A stretch of DNA of 64,000 nt from Candidatus Latescibacterota bacterium (lineage in GTDB: Bacteria; Latescibacterota; UBA2968; UBA8231). Of the stretch, positions 9,701 through 18,254 are shown one piece after another; position 1 is the first letter of the stretch; every line of letters begins with the position of its first letter. A program made the position numbers and the translations under genes. The DNA lies in contig OZ241867.1 in NCBI GenBank assembly GCA_965203175.1, positions 3,232,001 through 3,296,000 of the forward strand, given 5' to 3'. The notes under the pieces are model-generated. The model ran no database searches, was not told where the DNA came from, and worked only from the letters and a program-made list of their open reading frames with translations.

Positions 9701-12700
9701 GTGCTAGGCCACCGGGGACCGCTAGATGGCGCAGCAAGCGCCATTGCTCCGTTCCCAACTCCGCGGCGTCTTCATGGAGCAAGAGAATTTCGGCGGCGTG
9801 CGGCCGCAGCAAGCCGGTACCTAGTTCCGGTGTCTGCTCCGTGGCGAGGTCAAGGCAGGCAAAGCGCAGGGCGGCATCGTGGCTATGGAAGGCGTCGTAG
9901 TGGGCGCGGGTCTGCTCCTGTGTATCGCCGATCAGCCAGAATTCGGTCTGCGCATCGGCACTCCCGAGGTAATCGAGGCATTGATTGAGGATGGTTTGCT
10001 CAGGGCGGCGTCCGCCCGCGAACTCGACGACGTGGCAGGCGTAGCGGTCGCCGTCGCCGGGCTGCTCGAGGGCGGCGATCAATGCAGCGGGTTCGATCTC
10101 GCCATCCGGCAGGCGGTGCAGGAAAGACTGCGCGTCGGCGACGAACTTGGGCTGCCAAGAGACGATGTGCTTGCTGTGCGGCAGGTCGTTCCAGCGTGGA
10201 TTGGAATTGAAGGAGACGTACGCGTCAATGCACAAGACGAGGTCGCCCGTAGCGCCGTCGTAGAAACGGATGCTGCCCCCAGATCGCTCGCCGCGCCGCT
10301 CCGTAAACTGCCCCAGTTCGTTCACATCCGCCCAATCAGGGTCTTTCTTCACGTGGCAGGTGAGACGCGGTCCGGTCGGCGGCCGCAGAAACGTCACACC
10401 TTGGGCGCGCTGCGGGAGGGCGAAGATGTCCGTCGCGCGCAGCAAATGATAGAGGAAGATCTGCAACCCGCCGTCGAGCAGCGCGGGGTTGGCGACGTAT
10501 CCTTCCTCGCGACCAGTTGTCCATAACTCCTCATCCATCTCCACGTCGAACAGATAGTCGCCCGTGCTGTTGTCGCTTAAAACGCGCTGGATGTTCTGGA
10601 AATAAGGACCGTACTGGAAGGTTTCGCCGAGGCTGGCATCCACGCGCTCGTAGAAATCGCTTTCGCCCACAAAGTAGTAGGGCGCGAACGGAGTGGTGTC
10701 GATATCCGCTAGGCGCAGTGGCACGTTTACTGGGTGATCGCTGCTCACCAGGCGCACCTTGCCGCGGGAGTGCAATTCGCTGTGCGCCTCAGTCTCGTAG
10801 GAGCGGGACGAGATGGTGAAGGTGAATTCGTCCGGCGCGTTGGCGACCGGGAACAACTCGGTATGCAGCCGCACCGGCGTCTTGGGGATCGGACACGGCT
10901 GGAGGAATTCAAGCGTTTCGACATGCAGTGGAACGCCCTCGAACGCCTGCAGGAGCAGTTCGATGTACCCAGCCGCCGGCATGATCGAGGCATGGTGCAC
11001 GCGGTGCTCTGCCAGCCAAGGAAAGTCCCGCTCCGACAGCCGCGCTTCAAACAGCAGGTGTTCACACGGGACCTGATGGCCGATCAGCGGACCGTGGGCG
11101 TACTCGCCCAGATTGAGGAACATCTCGTCATCGCTCATCTCGTCGGCCTCCCCCTGATCGTCGCGCGGATAGCCGGGCAGCAGGTGGACAATCGGTTCGG
11201 GGCGCAGGTACTGCGCGGCGAAGTCTAGTTCTACTCCAGCTCTGAATAGCGCTCCTAGGGCTTCCTGGAAGCCGAGGCAGACATCGGAGTCGCGCATCAG
11301 CGTCGGAATGCAGGCCGCTCCTTGAGCGTTGCCTTCCAGACACTGCGCGATAGTGGGTTGCAAGGCGCTGTGCGGCGCGACTTCCAAGACGACATCGGGC
11401 CGATAATCCCGCATGATGGTTTCCATTGCCGCGGCGAACCGCACGGGCTGGCGGATATTTGCCCACCAGTAGGCACCATCCAGCCGCTCCGTTTGCTCAC
11501 TGGTCACCGAGGAAACCATCGGCACGTCAACATCGAAGTTGCAATCGTTCAGGAAGGACAGGGCCGTCACTGCGTCGTCTTTGAGCGGATCCATGGCGCT
11601 GGAATGGAAGGCGATATTGCCGGGAATCAGCCGATTCTGCAGGTTGCGCCGCTCCAATTCTTCCACGATGGGCTGTAAAGCGGTCTCCTGGCCGCAAATG
11701 ACGGTGCTGGCCGGTGCGTTCTCGCAGGCGATTTCAACCTGCGTTGCCCGGTCGTTTTCGGGCCGAAAGGAGACCTGCAACGCGTCGAGCAGTTCCTCCA
11801 AACCCGGCCGGTCGAGGCCGATTGCCAGCATGCGGCCGGAACCGGCTCTGCGCTGCTGCAATGTAGCGCGATGGAAAACTAGATGCGTCGCCTCCGCTAG
11901 GGACAGTGCCCCGCAGGCGTAGGCGGCGGCTACTTCGCCGGAGCTATGGCCGACGACGCAGTCTGGATAGACTCCCCAAGTCTTGAACAATTCTACCAAG
12001 GCGCACTGGATTGTGAAGATGACGGGCTGGGCTAGCTGGACCTCATTGAGCGCCTCTTGGGGGGCGGAGAAACAGGCCTCGCGCAGCGAGATATCCGAGT
12101 GCTTCCGCCAGTGTTCTTCAACAGCATCAATAACGCGGCGGAAAACCGGGTCGGCGTCGTAGAGGGCGCGGCCGCAACCGGCCCACTGCGTGCCCTGGCC
12201 GGAAAATACCATCGCTATCCGCCGCTCGCCCTCATCGACCGTGGCGATGGGTGTTGGATCTTCGGCAAAGCCCTTTAGTGCCTCAATTAGTTCCTGTTGG
12301 GTGCGCACGGCAAATGAGGTACGCGCGGCGAAGTGGGTGCGGCGACGGCTGAGATTGCCCGCTAGCGCATAGAGGTCCAGCTCCTGCTCAGCGAGCGTTT
12401 CCCCTAGCTGTTGCGCGCTCTTTTCCAGCGCGCCGGACGTGCGCGCCGACAGGGGGATCATGAAGCCGGCCTTGGGTGCCAGCGGCACCGACCATATTCG
12501 GGGTTGCTCGGGGCGGTATTCGCGCACCACGCAGTGCCCGTTGGACCCGCCAAAGCCGAACGAGTTGATGCCGACCACCACCGGGTGATCGGGGAACGGT
12601 TCGCAGTCGGTCTGCACCTGCATCGGACAACTTTCGAAGTCGATCTCCGGATTCGGCACTAGGTAATTCTTCGAAACCGGCGCGAAAGTACGCCGCTGCA

Positions 12701-13832
12701 TCATCAGCACGATCTTGAGCAAGGCGCAACTGAACGCGGCAGCTTCCATGTGCCCCACGTTGCTCTTGACGCCCGAAACCCGCAGCGGCGCGGCGCGCTC
12801 GCCGCTGCCGAACGCTTCGGCGATGGCGTTGCCCTCGATGCGGTCGCCGACCACGGTGCCGGTGGCATGGGCTTCAATATAGTCGAACTCCTGCGGCGTG
12901 CGGCCCGCACGGGCATAGGCTGTGCGCATCAACTCCACCTGTGCATGGCGGGTCGGTGCGGTGATGTATCTCCCCTGCGCTAGGCCGGCGCTGCCGTCGG
13001 CGGCACCGGCCGAATTGACTGCGGTCGCCTCCACTACGGCGTGGATGGGGTCCCCGTCCCGTTCGGCCGCGGCTAGGGGTTTGAGCGCGAAGACAAACGC
13101 CCCTTCCGAGCGCATGTACCCATTGGCTTCCGCGTCGAAGGAGTGGCACTTCCCGTCCGAACTGATCACCCCCAACGCATTGAAGCCTGTGCTGAGCCGG
13201 GCCGATCCGAGGTAATTGGCCGATCCGAGGAAGGCTTGGTCGCAGTCGCCGGAGTGCAGCGCATTGATCGCCGTGTGCAACGCCGTCAGGCTGGCGGAAC
13301 AAGCCGTGCAACAGGCGAGCGACGGCCCCATCAAGTTGAAGTGGTAGGAGATGCGGTTGGCCAGCATGGCCACGCTGATACTGGCGATGGAAAACTCAGT
13401 TGCCCCCAGCGGCCTGCGCCAGTTGGACGTCGCTGGAACTTGCGCGCCGATGAACACGCCCGTGCGGCTGTTGCGCAGCGACTGTAAGTCCCAGCCAACC
13501 CGCTCGCAGGTCTCCCAAGTGCAGGTCAACAGCATCCGCACGTGCGGATCGGCTGACAGCATTTCGTGGTGCGACATCCCGAAGAGACTGCGATCGAAGC
13601 TCTTTTCTCCATCCTCGCGGATCAGCCCCTCATAGGGACTGGCAAACCGCCCTGGGCCGGAGAAGTCGCCGATTGGCCGGTAGCCTCTGCCGTAGCGCTT
13701 GGTTACGGGTTCCTGCACAATCTCGCGTTCGCTGAGCAGCCGCCAGAAATCGTCGTCGGTGTCGATTTCGCCTGGCATGCGGTAGCTGTATCCTACGATG
13801 GCAACGGCATCTTCGGACTTTGGTGAATTCAT
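6771..13832 (-). CDS. swfA: Mono-modular type I PKS/FAS (KS-AT-DH-pseudoMT-ER-KR-ACP), SwfA-like
   Basis: KS: TACSAS, EAHATGT, KSNVGHME, NSFGFGG. AT: GQG, GHSSG, AFHS. DH: HRVHHASIMP, DGGLQ. ER: LIHSAMGGVG. KR: LVTGGMGGFG, GQINYSAAN. ACP: FGLTSISVAEL. No TE domain. Confidence 0.92.
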   Translation of the reverse strand: MNSPKSEDAVAIVGYSYRMPGEIDTDDDFWRLLSEREIVQEPVTKRYGRGYRPIGDFSGPGRFASPYEGLIREDGEKSFDRSLFGMSHHEMLSADPHVRMLLTCTWETCERVGWDLQSLRNSRTGVFIGAQVPATSNWRRPLGATEFSIASISVAMLANRISYHFNLMGPSLACCTACSASLTALHTAINALHSGDCDQAFLGSANYLGSARLSTGFNALGVISSDGKCHSFDAEANGYMRSEGAFVFALKPLAAAERDGDPIHAVVEATAVNSAGAADGSAGLAQGRYITAPTRHAQVELMRTAYARAGRTPQEFDYIEAHATGTVVGDRIEGNAIAEAFGSGERAAPLRVSGVKSNVGHMEAAAFSCALLKIVLMMQRRTFAPVSKNYLVPNPEIDFESCPMQVQTDCEPFPDHPVVVGINSFGFGGSNGHCVVREYRPEQPRIWSVPLAPKAGFMIPLSARTSGALEKSAQQLGETLAEQELDLYALAGNLSRRRTHFAARTSFAVRTQQELIEALKGFAEDPTPIATVDEGERRIAMVFSGQGTQWAGCGRALYDADPVFRRVIDAVEEHWRKHSDISLREACFSAPQEALNEVQLAQPVIFTIQCALVELFKTWGVYPDCVVGHSSGEVAAAYACGALSLAEATHLVFHRATLQQRRAGSGRMLAIGLDRPGLEELLDALQVSFRPENDRATQVEIACENAPASTVICGQETALQPIVEELERRNLQNRLIPGNIAFHSSAMDPLKDDAVTALSFLNDCNFDVDVPMVSSVTSEQTERLDGAYWWANIRQPVRFAAAMETIMRDYRPDVVLEVAPHSALQPTIAQCLEGNAQGAACIPTLMRDSDVCLGFQEALGALFRAGVELDFAAQYLRPEPIVHLLPGYPRDDQGEADEMSDDEMFLNLGEYAHGPLIGHQVPCEHLLFEARLSERDFPWLAEHRVHHASIMPAAGYIELLLQAFEGVPLHVETLEFLQPCPIPKTPVRLHTELFPVANAPDEFTFTISSRSYETEAHSELHSRGKVRLVSSDHPVNVPLRLADIDTTPFAPYYFVGESDFYERVDASLGETFQYGPYFQNIQRVLSDNSTGDYLFDVEMDEELWTTGREEGYVANPALLDGGLQIFLYHLLRATDIFALPQRAQGVTFLRPPTGPRLTCHVKKDPDWADVNELGQFTERRGERSGGSIRFYDGATGDLVLCIDAYVSFNSNPRWNDLPHSKHIVSWQPKFVADAQSFLHRLPDGEIEPAALIAALEQPGDGDRYACHVVEFAGGRRPEQTILNQCLDYLGSADAQTEFWLIGDTQEQTRAHYDAFHSHDAALRFACLDLATEQTPELGTGLLRPHAAEILLLHEDAAELGTEQWRLLRHLAVPGGLALVAHAESEAFEPDAGWTTVRADRHTTLLQAPYTAEDTPEPQQLPGPRWVIGEPDSLSDQWLALLDSPEVSAIPCADLADDRIDALADWPAAADLQAIDIFCGSDPHDPTGEKLAARLVAFVKALIPFRVAQARCPCRLTVVTRRAALEVANPRASAAWGAVRSISQEIAADVGTEAQIDFRLVDLDAPEDLQTLAWLGTCDLRERELAVRHKQVWTPRLISIRERSPLVPADEETPYRLTLDNPGQIGGLQMKTYQPASLGPHDVEIDVAAAALNFRDVMVTLGLLPALSYERSALGRTVGMEASGIVRRVGDAVRACRVGDAVAFTQGGCITNRAVVNEHLVFAKPASLSMEEAASVLSVYVTAYYSLIHLARLRKGQRVLIHSAMGGVGQAAIALAKHAGAEIYATAGSESKREQLLALGVRAAFDSHSYDWYDELMTATSGEGVDVVLNSLAGRHITLCLEALRPGGWHCEIGKVDIYSDNALSLSVFRKNLRFAAIDIDRMMSDDPVLAHELSQECINLLEQGAVPPLPITSFSYRDYAQALRLMTTGQHTGKLVLQALGEPSNHSLPIVDLRPFLDPDATYLVTGGMGGFGKLLLPYLASAGARHLTLLDRDPQRRRSADWVRKTSALWYLTEQIDIDIVQGDVAEEADVRRCIAGLQRPLKGVFHLAGTLADCLLTDLTNESLAKVFAPKARGALNLHLATTDCPLDHFVLFSSIASTLGNPGQINYSAANGFLDGLAAFRRRQGLPALCYNLAAVAEAGMASRNLHVLRITRSSGMPPISADFAITNLDYAMRSMDDQDHLITALFARPPLTVDSPDYMRTGRVLNNPDAFAVDTGGQLTLDTVVDQIASKVAELCGHDEGGVEEPLSSFGLTSISVAELGGFIRMQFNYQVSALELMTTASSLSLAQDIIHGKKDAEEDQAEMDATELAADSLADQQRVRRAPSAFANPLADHFPQGDGAELSTFPVR

Positions 13833-13866
13833 TTTCTTGGAATCTCCTCGACGATATAGAACGCAA

Positions 13867-13982
13867 AAGCCTTCTTAAAATTCCTGAGTAGACGCACTCG
13901 CCTTACACGTCGCTTTTGCACCACCTGAAGTCGGCGGGTATGCGCTCGCGTTCGGGGCGTACTGGGAATTTTAAAAAGGCTT
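13867..13982. mobile_element. MITE-like element with ~23-bp imperfect terminal inverted repeats
   Basis: AAGCCTTCTTAAAATTCCTGAGTA (13867-13890) versus TACTGGGAATTTTAAAAAGGCTT (13960-13982), with a non-coding interior. Confidence 0.55.
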
Positions 13983-13994
13983 CTTAGGGCGGTA

Positions 13995-14279
13995 TTACTT
14001 CTTATCGACTACTTCATTGAGCGTCTCTTCCGCTAAGTTGAATATCGTTTCCAGAATTTGCTTGCGCCGCAATCTCATTTCCTCAACCCTGTTCCACAAT
14101 GCGTCCTTTATCTTCTCGACTGCTTCTGCACGTATCTCGGGAGAGAGGGTGCTGTCAGTCCTAAACTCGTATTTCTCAACTGTGAAATCAGCAATATCTA
14201 GTATGTTCTCCCCCAAGACATTTAAATCGACTGAGCTTCTAATCTGTCCGATTTTTTCTTCGTTGTTGATGTCGCTCAT
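13995..14279 (-). CDS. Small acidic, helical hypothetical protein (94 aa)
   Basis: Clean ORF with a GAGGAG RBS, co-oriented between the STAS genes and the PKS; no recognised motif. Confidence 0.7.
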   Translation of the reverse strand: MSDINNEEKIGQIRSSVDLNVLGENILDIADFTVEKYEFRTDSTLSPEIRAEAVEKIKDALWNRVEEMRLRRKQILETIFNLAEETLNEVVDKK

Positions 14280-14324
14280 CTTTGTTACTCCTCGTGTGAA
14301 GTGGTTGTTGGGATAGGGGTCTGC

Positions 14325-14672
14325 TTAATTCTTCTTAAATTCGCCAATTGCCGCATCCCGAGACTCGTAAATCGAAATGATCTCATCAAAGCCGCTGGCG
14401 GCGATAATTTCGCGCACTGGATCAGAGAGCGAGCAAATGCCAAATTGCTTGCCTGGTTCGTTGAACTGCTTAGCCATTACCAGGCCAATTCGAAGGCCTG
14501 CGCTGCTGATGTAGGAAACTCGCTCAAAGTCCAAGAGTAAGGCTTGGTCGGCGGAATTTATTTCAGCCTCCAAGACCTTTTGAAATTCATCGGCGTTGCT
14601 GCTGTCGATACGACCGAGAATTATCGCGATCAGAATACCTTGTATGCGCTCCCACTTGACATCGAATCCCAT
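14325..14672 (-). CDS. STAS domain protein / anti-sigma factor antagonist
   Basis: GRIDSSNA, LLLDFERVSYISSAGLR (phosphoacceptor-Ser region); AAGGAG RBS. Confidence 0.9.
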   Translation of the reverse strand: MGFDVKWERIQGILIAIILGRIDSSNADEFQKVLEAEINSADQALLLDFERVSYISSAGLRIGLVMAKQFNEPGKQFGICSLSDPVREIIAASGFDEIISIYESRDAAIGEFKKN

Positions 14673-14826
14673 TTTGAATCTGTCTCCTTTAAAATTGTCT
14701 CATACGTTTCGGCCGATGGGCCTTACGCCAAATAATTGCCGTATTGGACATGGCTGCTTTCGCAAACAACCCACAAACTAAAAAATACTCCCCAATGGTC
14801 AAACGATTTTTACACCAAGACGTAGC

Positions 14827-15174
14827 TTAACTGTTCTCGAATGCGTCGATTGCCGCGGCCCGAGAGTCATAAATCGGGATGACCCGATCAAAGCCGCTGA
14901 TTGCGAGAACATTGCGGATCGGATCAGAGAGGGTGCAAACGCCAAATTTCTTGCCCGATTCGTTGAATTTCCTGGAAAGTACTAGACTAATCCGCAGCCC
15001 TGCGCTGCTGATAAAGAATACTCGCTCAAAGTCCAAGATTAAGGCCTGGTCTTCCGCATCAATTCCAGATTCTACGATACGCTGGAATCTATCGGCGTTG
15101 TTACTGTCGATGTGACCGATGAGCATCGCAATCAAGATGCCGTCTTTTCGTTCCCACTTAACTTGTACGCTCAT
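14827..15174 (-). CDS. STAS domain protein / anti-sigma factor antagonist (paralog of 14325-14672)
   Basis: GHIDSNNA, LILDFERVFFISSAGLR; same length (115 aa) and visible DNA similarity to its neighbour. Confidence 0.9.
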   Translation of the reverse strand: MSVQVKWERKDGILIAMLIGHIDSNNADRFQRIVESGIDAEDQALILDFERVFFISSAGLRISLVLSRKFNESGKKFGVCTLSDPIRNVLAISGFDRVIPIYDSRAAAIDAFENS

Positions 15175-15198
15175 TTGAATTTCCCTCTTTCTTTATAG

Positions 15199-18093
15199 CT
15201 AGAAGCGCAGCCCCACCTGCCCGAAGACGAGGCGGCCCACCGCCGGAGCGCCGACGAACGACTGGTAAGCTTGGTTCAGCACATTGCTCGCGTCGATCTG
15301 TAGCACTAGGTCTTGCTCCAAGGGCAACCGGTAGGTCAGGTTGAGATCCAGCACTGTGTAGGAATCTACCTCGCCCACGTATACCCCCGAACTCATTGGG
15401 AAAGAATCGATGTAACGCATCTGACCACCTAGCGCCAATCCCCACTCGGCAAAATTGTAGTCCATTCCCAGCTTGACCTTGTGTCGGGGTGCGTTCAGGG
15501 CTATGTCAGCACCTGCTTCGCCATGGGAGTACTGCAGATTCTCGAAGAAATTGTCGTTGACAAAGGAATAATTCCCCGTGAGCCGCCAGTGATCGGCGGG
15601 GAAGTAGGCCAAGCTCAGGTCTAGCCCGCGAATGGTCACATCTTCAAAATTGCGATAGCTCATAATCATCGCGTAGGGATCGGAAGCCTGTTCAGGCGAG
15701 ACCGTGCCGTAGGGGATGGCCGCCGCCCCCTCAGTGAGGATGCTGGTCAGTTCGTCCACCGGCGAGCCGTTGTTGTTGCCCTGCGCCACATCCAACGCTG
15801 CCAAGGCTCCGGCCAGTTGCTCATTGGCCGGATCGGACAAGGCTGCGCCGATGCTCTCGCCAAGGGCCGCACCCAGAGTCTGCGGATCGAGGAAGACCGT
15901 GGGAGTTACCACTGAAATGGCCCCGACGAAATCCTCGATCTTAGACTGGTACAAATCTGCGGCTACTACCAATTTGTCGGCCACTATGCCTTTGTAGCCT
16001 AACTCGATAGTCTGAGTAATGGCCGAGTGAATGCGCGGCACATCATAGGCTGTAATGGGGGTGGTGCCGTCCGCCTCTACGAAGAAGAAAGGCGGTCGAT
16101 TCGGATCGGGCTCTACGCCGAGCGGCTCCGTCTCGATGTTCAAGCGGCCCATGACATTGCGCAGGCCGGGCAATTGCTCGGGCACGATGCCGGGCAGTTG
16201 GGCACCGGTTGCCAATTCCTGGAAAGCAGGTCCAAACTGCGCTAGCACCGCCTGCCTGCCGATTCCCCACATCACGTTGGTGAACAGTGGGTCGTCCAAA
16301 GGCAGGTACTGGTCGGCTGGCAGACCGGCCATTGGGGCAAAGGGCGAGCGGAATAGGGGGTGGCCCGCCTCGTCTCGCCGAAAGGTGAAACCGTAGCCAT
16401 TGTTCCTGTAATTCCCTTGGGTCCAGACATCGATGGATTTGAACTCCCCTAGGCCGAGCGCCGAAAAGAGGGGCGAGAAATTTGGGTTCAGTCCGAAGGG
16501 ATCTCTGGCCGTTTGCAGGTCGAGGTAGAGATTGTTCGAGGTGGGCGTGCTGAACGCCCGGTTGTAGGTCAGCCGCAATGTCTGGGTCACCTGCGGCTTG
16601 AACACCAAGGCGGCCCGAGGCGATAGCTCGGGATCTTCGAGACGGCTGTGGTAGTCGTAGCGCAGGGCCAGCACCAAGTCCAGCATGTCGCTCAGAGCGG
16701 TCTCGCTCTGCAAGTAGCTGCCGTACTCGTTGAGATCGTCGTCCGACTCGTTACTGCCCATGATGGTGCCGTCGGTATCGGGCCGCGTCAACAGGGCATC
16801 GAGGCCGTAGGTGAAGCGCTGGCGTTGACCTAAACTAGACGTGTGCTGAGCTTGGAACACAGTCAAGGACGACCTATCGACGACGGGATCGCCCGTGCGC
16901 AACAGATATGTGTCACCCGCGTCGTTCCAGTTGCGGAAGGTCTGGAAGAACCAGTCGCGGTACAGCAGCCGCAACTGGGCGTAGTTGTACTGCCAGTCTA
17001 TCGTCTGCGACGCCCCCACGCCGGTCCCCCCGATTATGTTCGCCTTGTTGTGTCCCGCCGCCAAGATGGCCGTCAAGTCGTCCGCGGCCCGCCAGTCTAG
17101 GCGCGCTTCGACACTTTGGTTGCTGGTGGCGGGATCGCGCGTTTTGAGGGGCGGCAAATCCGCTCCTACATCTATCTCCGCCTGCCTCAGTGCTTGGGCT
17201 TTTACTTCCTCCGGGTCGGTGTACTCCCACTCCGTCCCCGTATAGTACTGGCCCGAAATCTTGTAGCCCAAGCGATTTCCAGCCACGCCGGCATGCCGGA
17301 TTGTGGTATGGCGCAGATTGCGCTCCCCCATCCCCACGTGCACGTTCGTGCCCTGCGAGGTAAAGGGGGAATGGGTGATGATGTGCATGACCCCATCGGC
17401 ACTATTGGGGCCGTACAGGGCCGACCCTGGTCCTAGAACGACCTCTATGCGCTCCACGTCGTCGTTGGTGAGCGGAATGAAATTCAGGGCGTTGACTCGT
17501 AGCGAGGGCACGCGGGCGATGCGGTTGTCCGTCAGCGTGAGCAGGGAGCCGGAGAATATATTGTTGAAGCCGCGCACCACCACGTTGGCGTTGGCCAATC
17601 CTCTCTTTGCAATGTCCACTGCCGGCAGATTCTTGACGTGGTCGGAGAGACTTAACGCTGGATTGTTGCGGATTTCGCTACCCTCGACCACGGATACCGA
17701 GGCCGGGGCGTCGAGAATTTTCTCCTGTCGGCGGGAAGCGGATACCACGCTTTGCGCGAGAAAAATGACCTGTTCCATCAAGGCTGCATCCAGCCGGGTG
17801 GTCTGGCCGGCCCGCACCTGCACGTTTTTCCGCAGGTCGGACTTGTAGCCGACAAACGTGATTTCGACTTGGTAGTTTCCCGCTGGAACGGCGATGCGGA
17901 ACTGCCCATCTGCAGCCGCTGTAGTTCCAGCTTTGTAGCCCTCCACCGGCGAGCGCACGGCGATATTGGCACCGGGCAGGGCCTCCCCCGCCTCTCCTGT
18001 AACCGTCCCCTTGATAAAGCCATCCGACTGGGCCCAAACGGCTCCACAGCCCAAGGTTGCCCATAGGCACATCAGCCTAGCCATTTTGCCCAT
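15199..18093 (-). CDS. TonB-dependent receptor with N-terminal carboxypeptidase-regulatory-like domain
   Basis: Signal peptide; VVSASRR TonB-box region; ERIEVVLGPGSALYG plug motif; C-terminal Phe. ATG at 18093 follows a GGGAGGG RBS. Confidence 0.9.
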   Translation of the reverse strand: MGKMARLMCLWATLGCGAVWAQSDGFIKGTVTGEAGEALPGANIAVRSPVEGYKAGTTAAADGQFRIAVPAGNYQVEITFVGYKSDLRKNVQVRAGQTTRLDAALMEQVIFLAQSVVSASRRQEKILDAPASVSVVEGSEIRNNPALSLSDHVKNLPAVDIAKRGLANANVVVRGFNNIFSGSLLTLTDNRIARVPSLRVNALNFIPLTNDDVERIEVVLGPGSALYGPNSADGVMHIITHSPFTSQGTNVHVGMGERNLRHTTIRHAGVAGNRLGYKISGQYYTGTEWEYTDPEEVKAQALRQAEIDVGADLPPLKTRDPATSNQSVEARLDWRAADDLTAILAAGHNKANIIGGTGVGASQTIDWQYNYAQLRLLYRDWFFQTFRNWNDAGDTYLLRTGDPVVDRSSLTVFQAQHTSSLGQRQRFTYGLDALLTRPDTDGTIMGSNESDDDLNEYGSYLQSETALSDMLDLVLALRYDYHSRLEDPELSPRAALVFKPQVTQTLRLTYNRAFSTPTSNNLYLDLQTARDPFGLNPNFSPLFSALGLGEFKSIDVWTQGNYRNNGYGFTFRRDEAGHPLFRSPFAPMAGLPADQYLPLDDPLFTNVMWGIGRQAVLAQFGPAFQELATGAQLPGIVPEQLPGLRNVMGRLNIETEPLGVEPDPNRPPFFFVEADGTTPITAYDVPRIHSAITQTIELGYKGIVADKLVVAADLYQSKIEDFVGAISVVTPTVFLDPQTLGAALGESIGAALSDPANEQLAGALAALDVAQGNNNGSPVDELTSILTEGAAAIPYGTVSPEQASDPYAMIMSYRNFEDVTIRGLDLSLAYFPADHWRLTGNYSFVNDNFFENLQYSHGEAGADIALNAPRHKVKLGMDYNFAEWGLALGGQMRYIDSFPMSSGVYVGEVDSYTVLDLNLTYRLPLEQDLVLQIDASNVLNQAYQSFVGAPAVGRLVFGQVGLRF

Positions 18094-18254
18094 CGCAGTT
18101 TCCCTCCCACAGACGCCCAAGGCCCCATGCCCTGAAAGCGCGGTTTGCTAGAACAAAAAATTCCCGGATCGCCCTAGGGATTCTATTATATGACAAGGGT
18201 TTCTATCTAACAATTGAATAGCCGCCGCCGCAACTCCTCTTCATCATTCGGCGC

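Noticed and set aside
7240-13635. Long alternative-frame and antisense ORFs within the PKS (for example 7240-8319, 8368-9060, 9879-10526)
   Set aside because: Arg/Pro/Ala-rich shadow ORFs typical of high-GC coding DNA, with no motifs.
14673-14826. Possible c-di-GMP or other riboswitch between the STAS genes (GCGAAAGC, GGCGTAAGGCC on the minus strand)
   Set aside because: The motif order and pairing do not match a class I can recognise; an Rfam scan would be needed.
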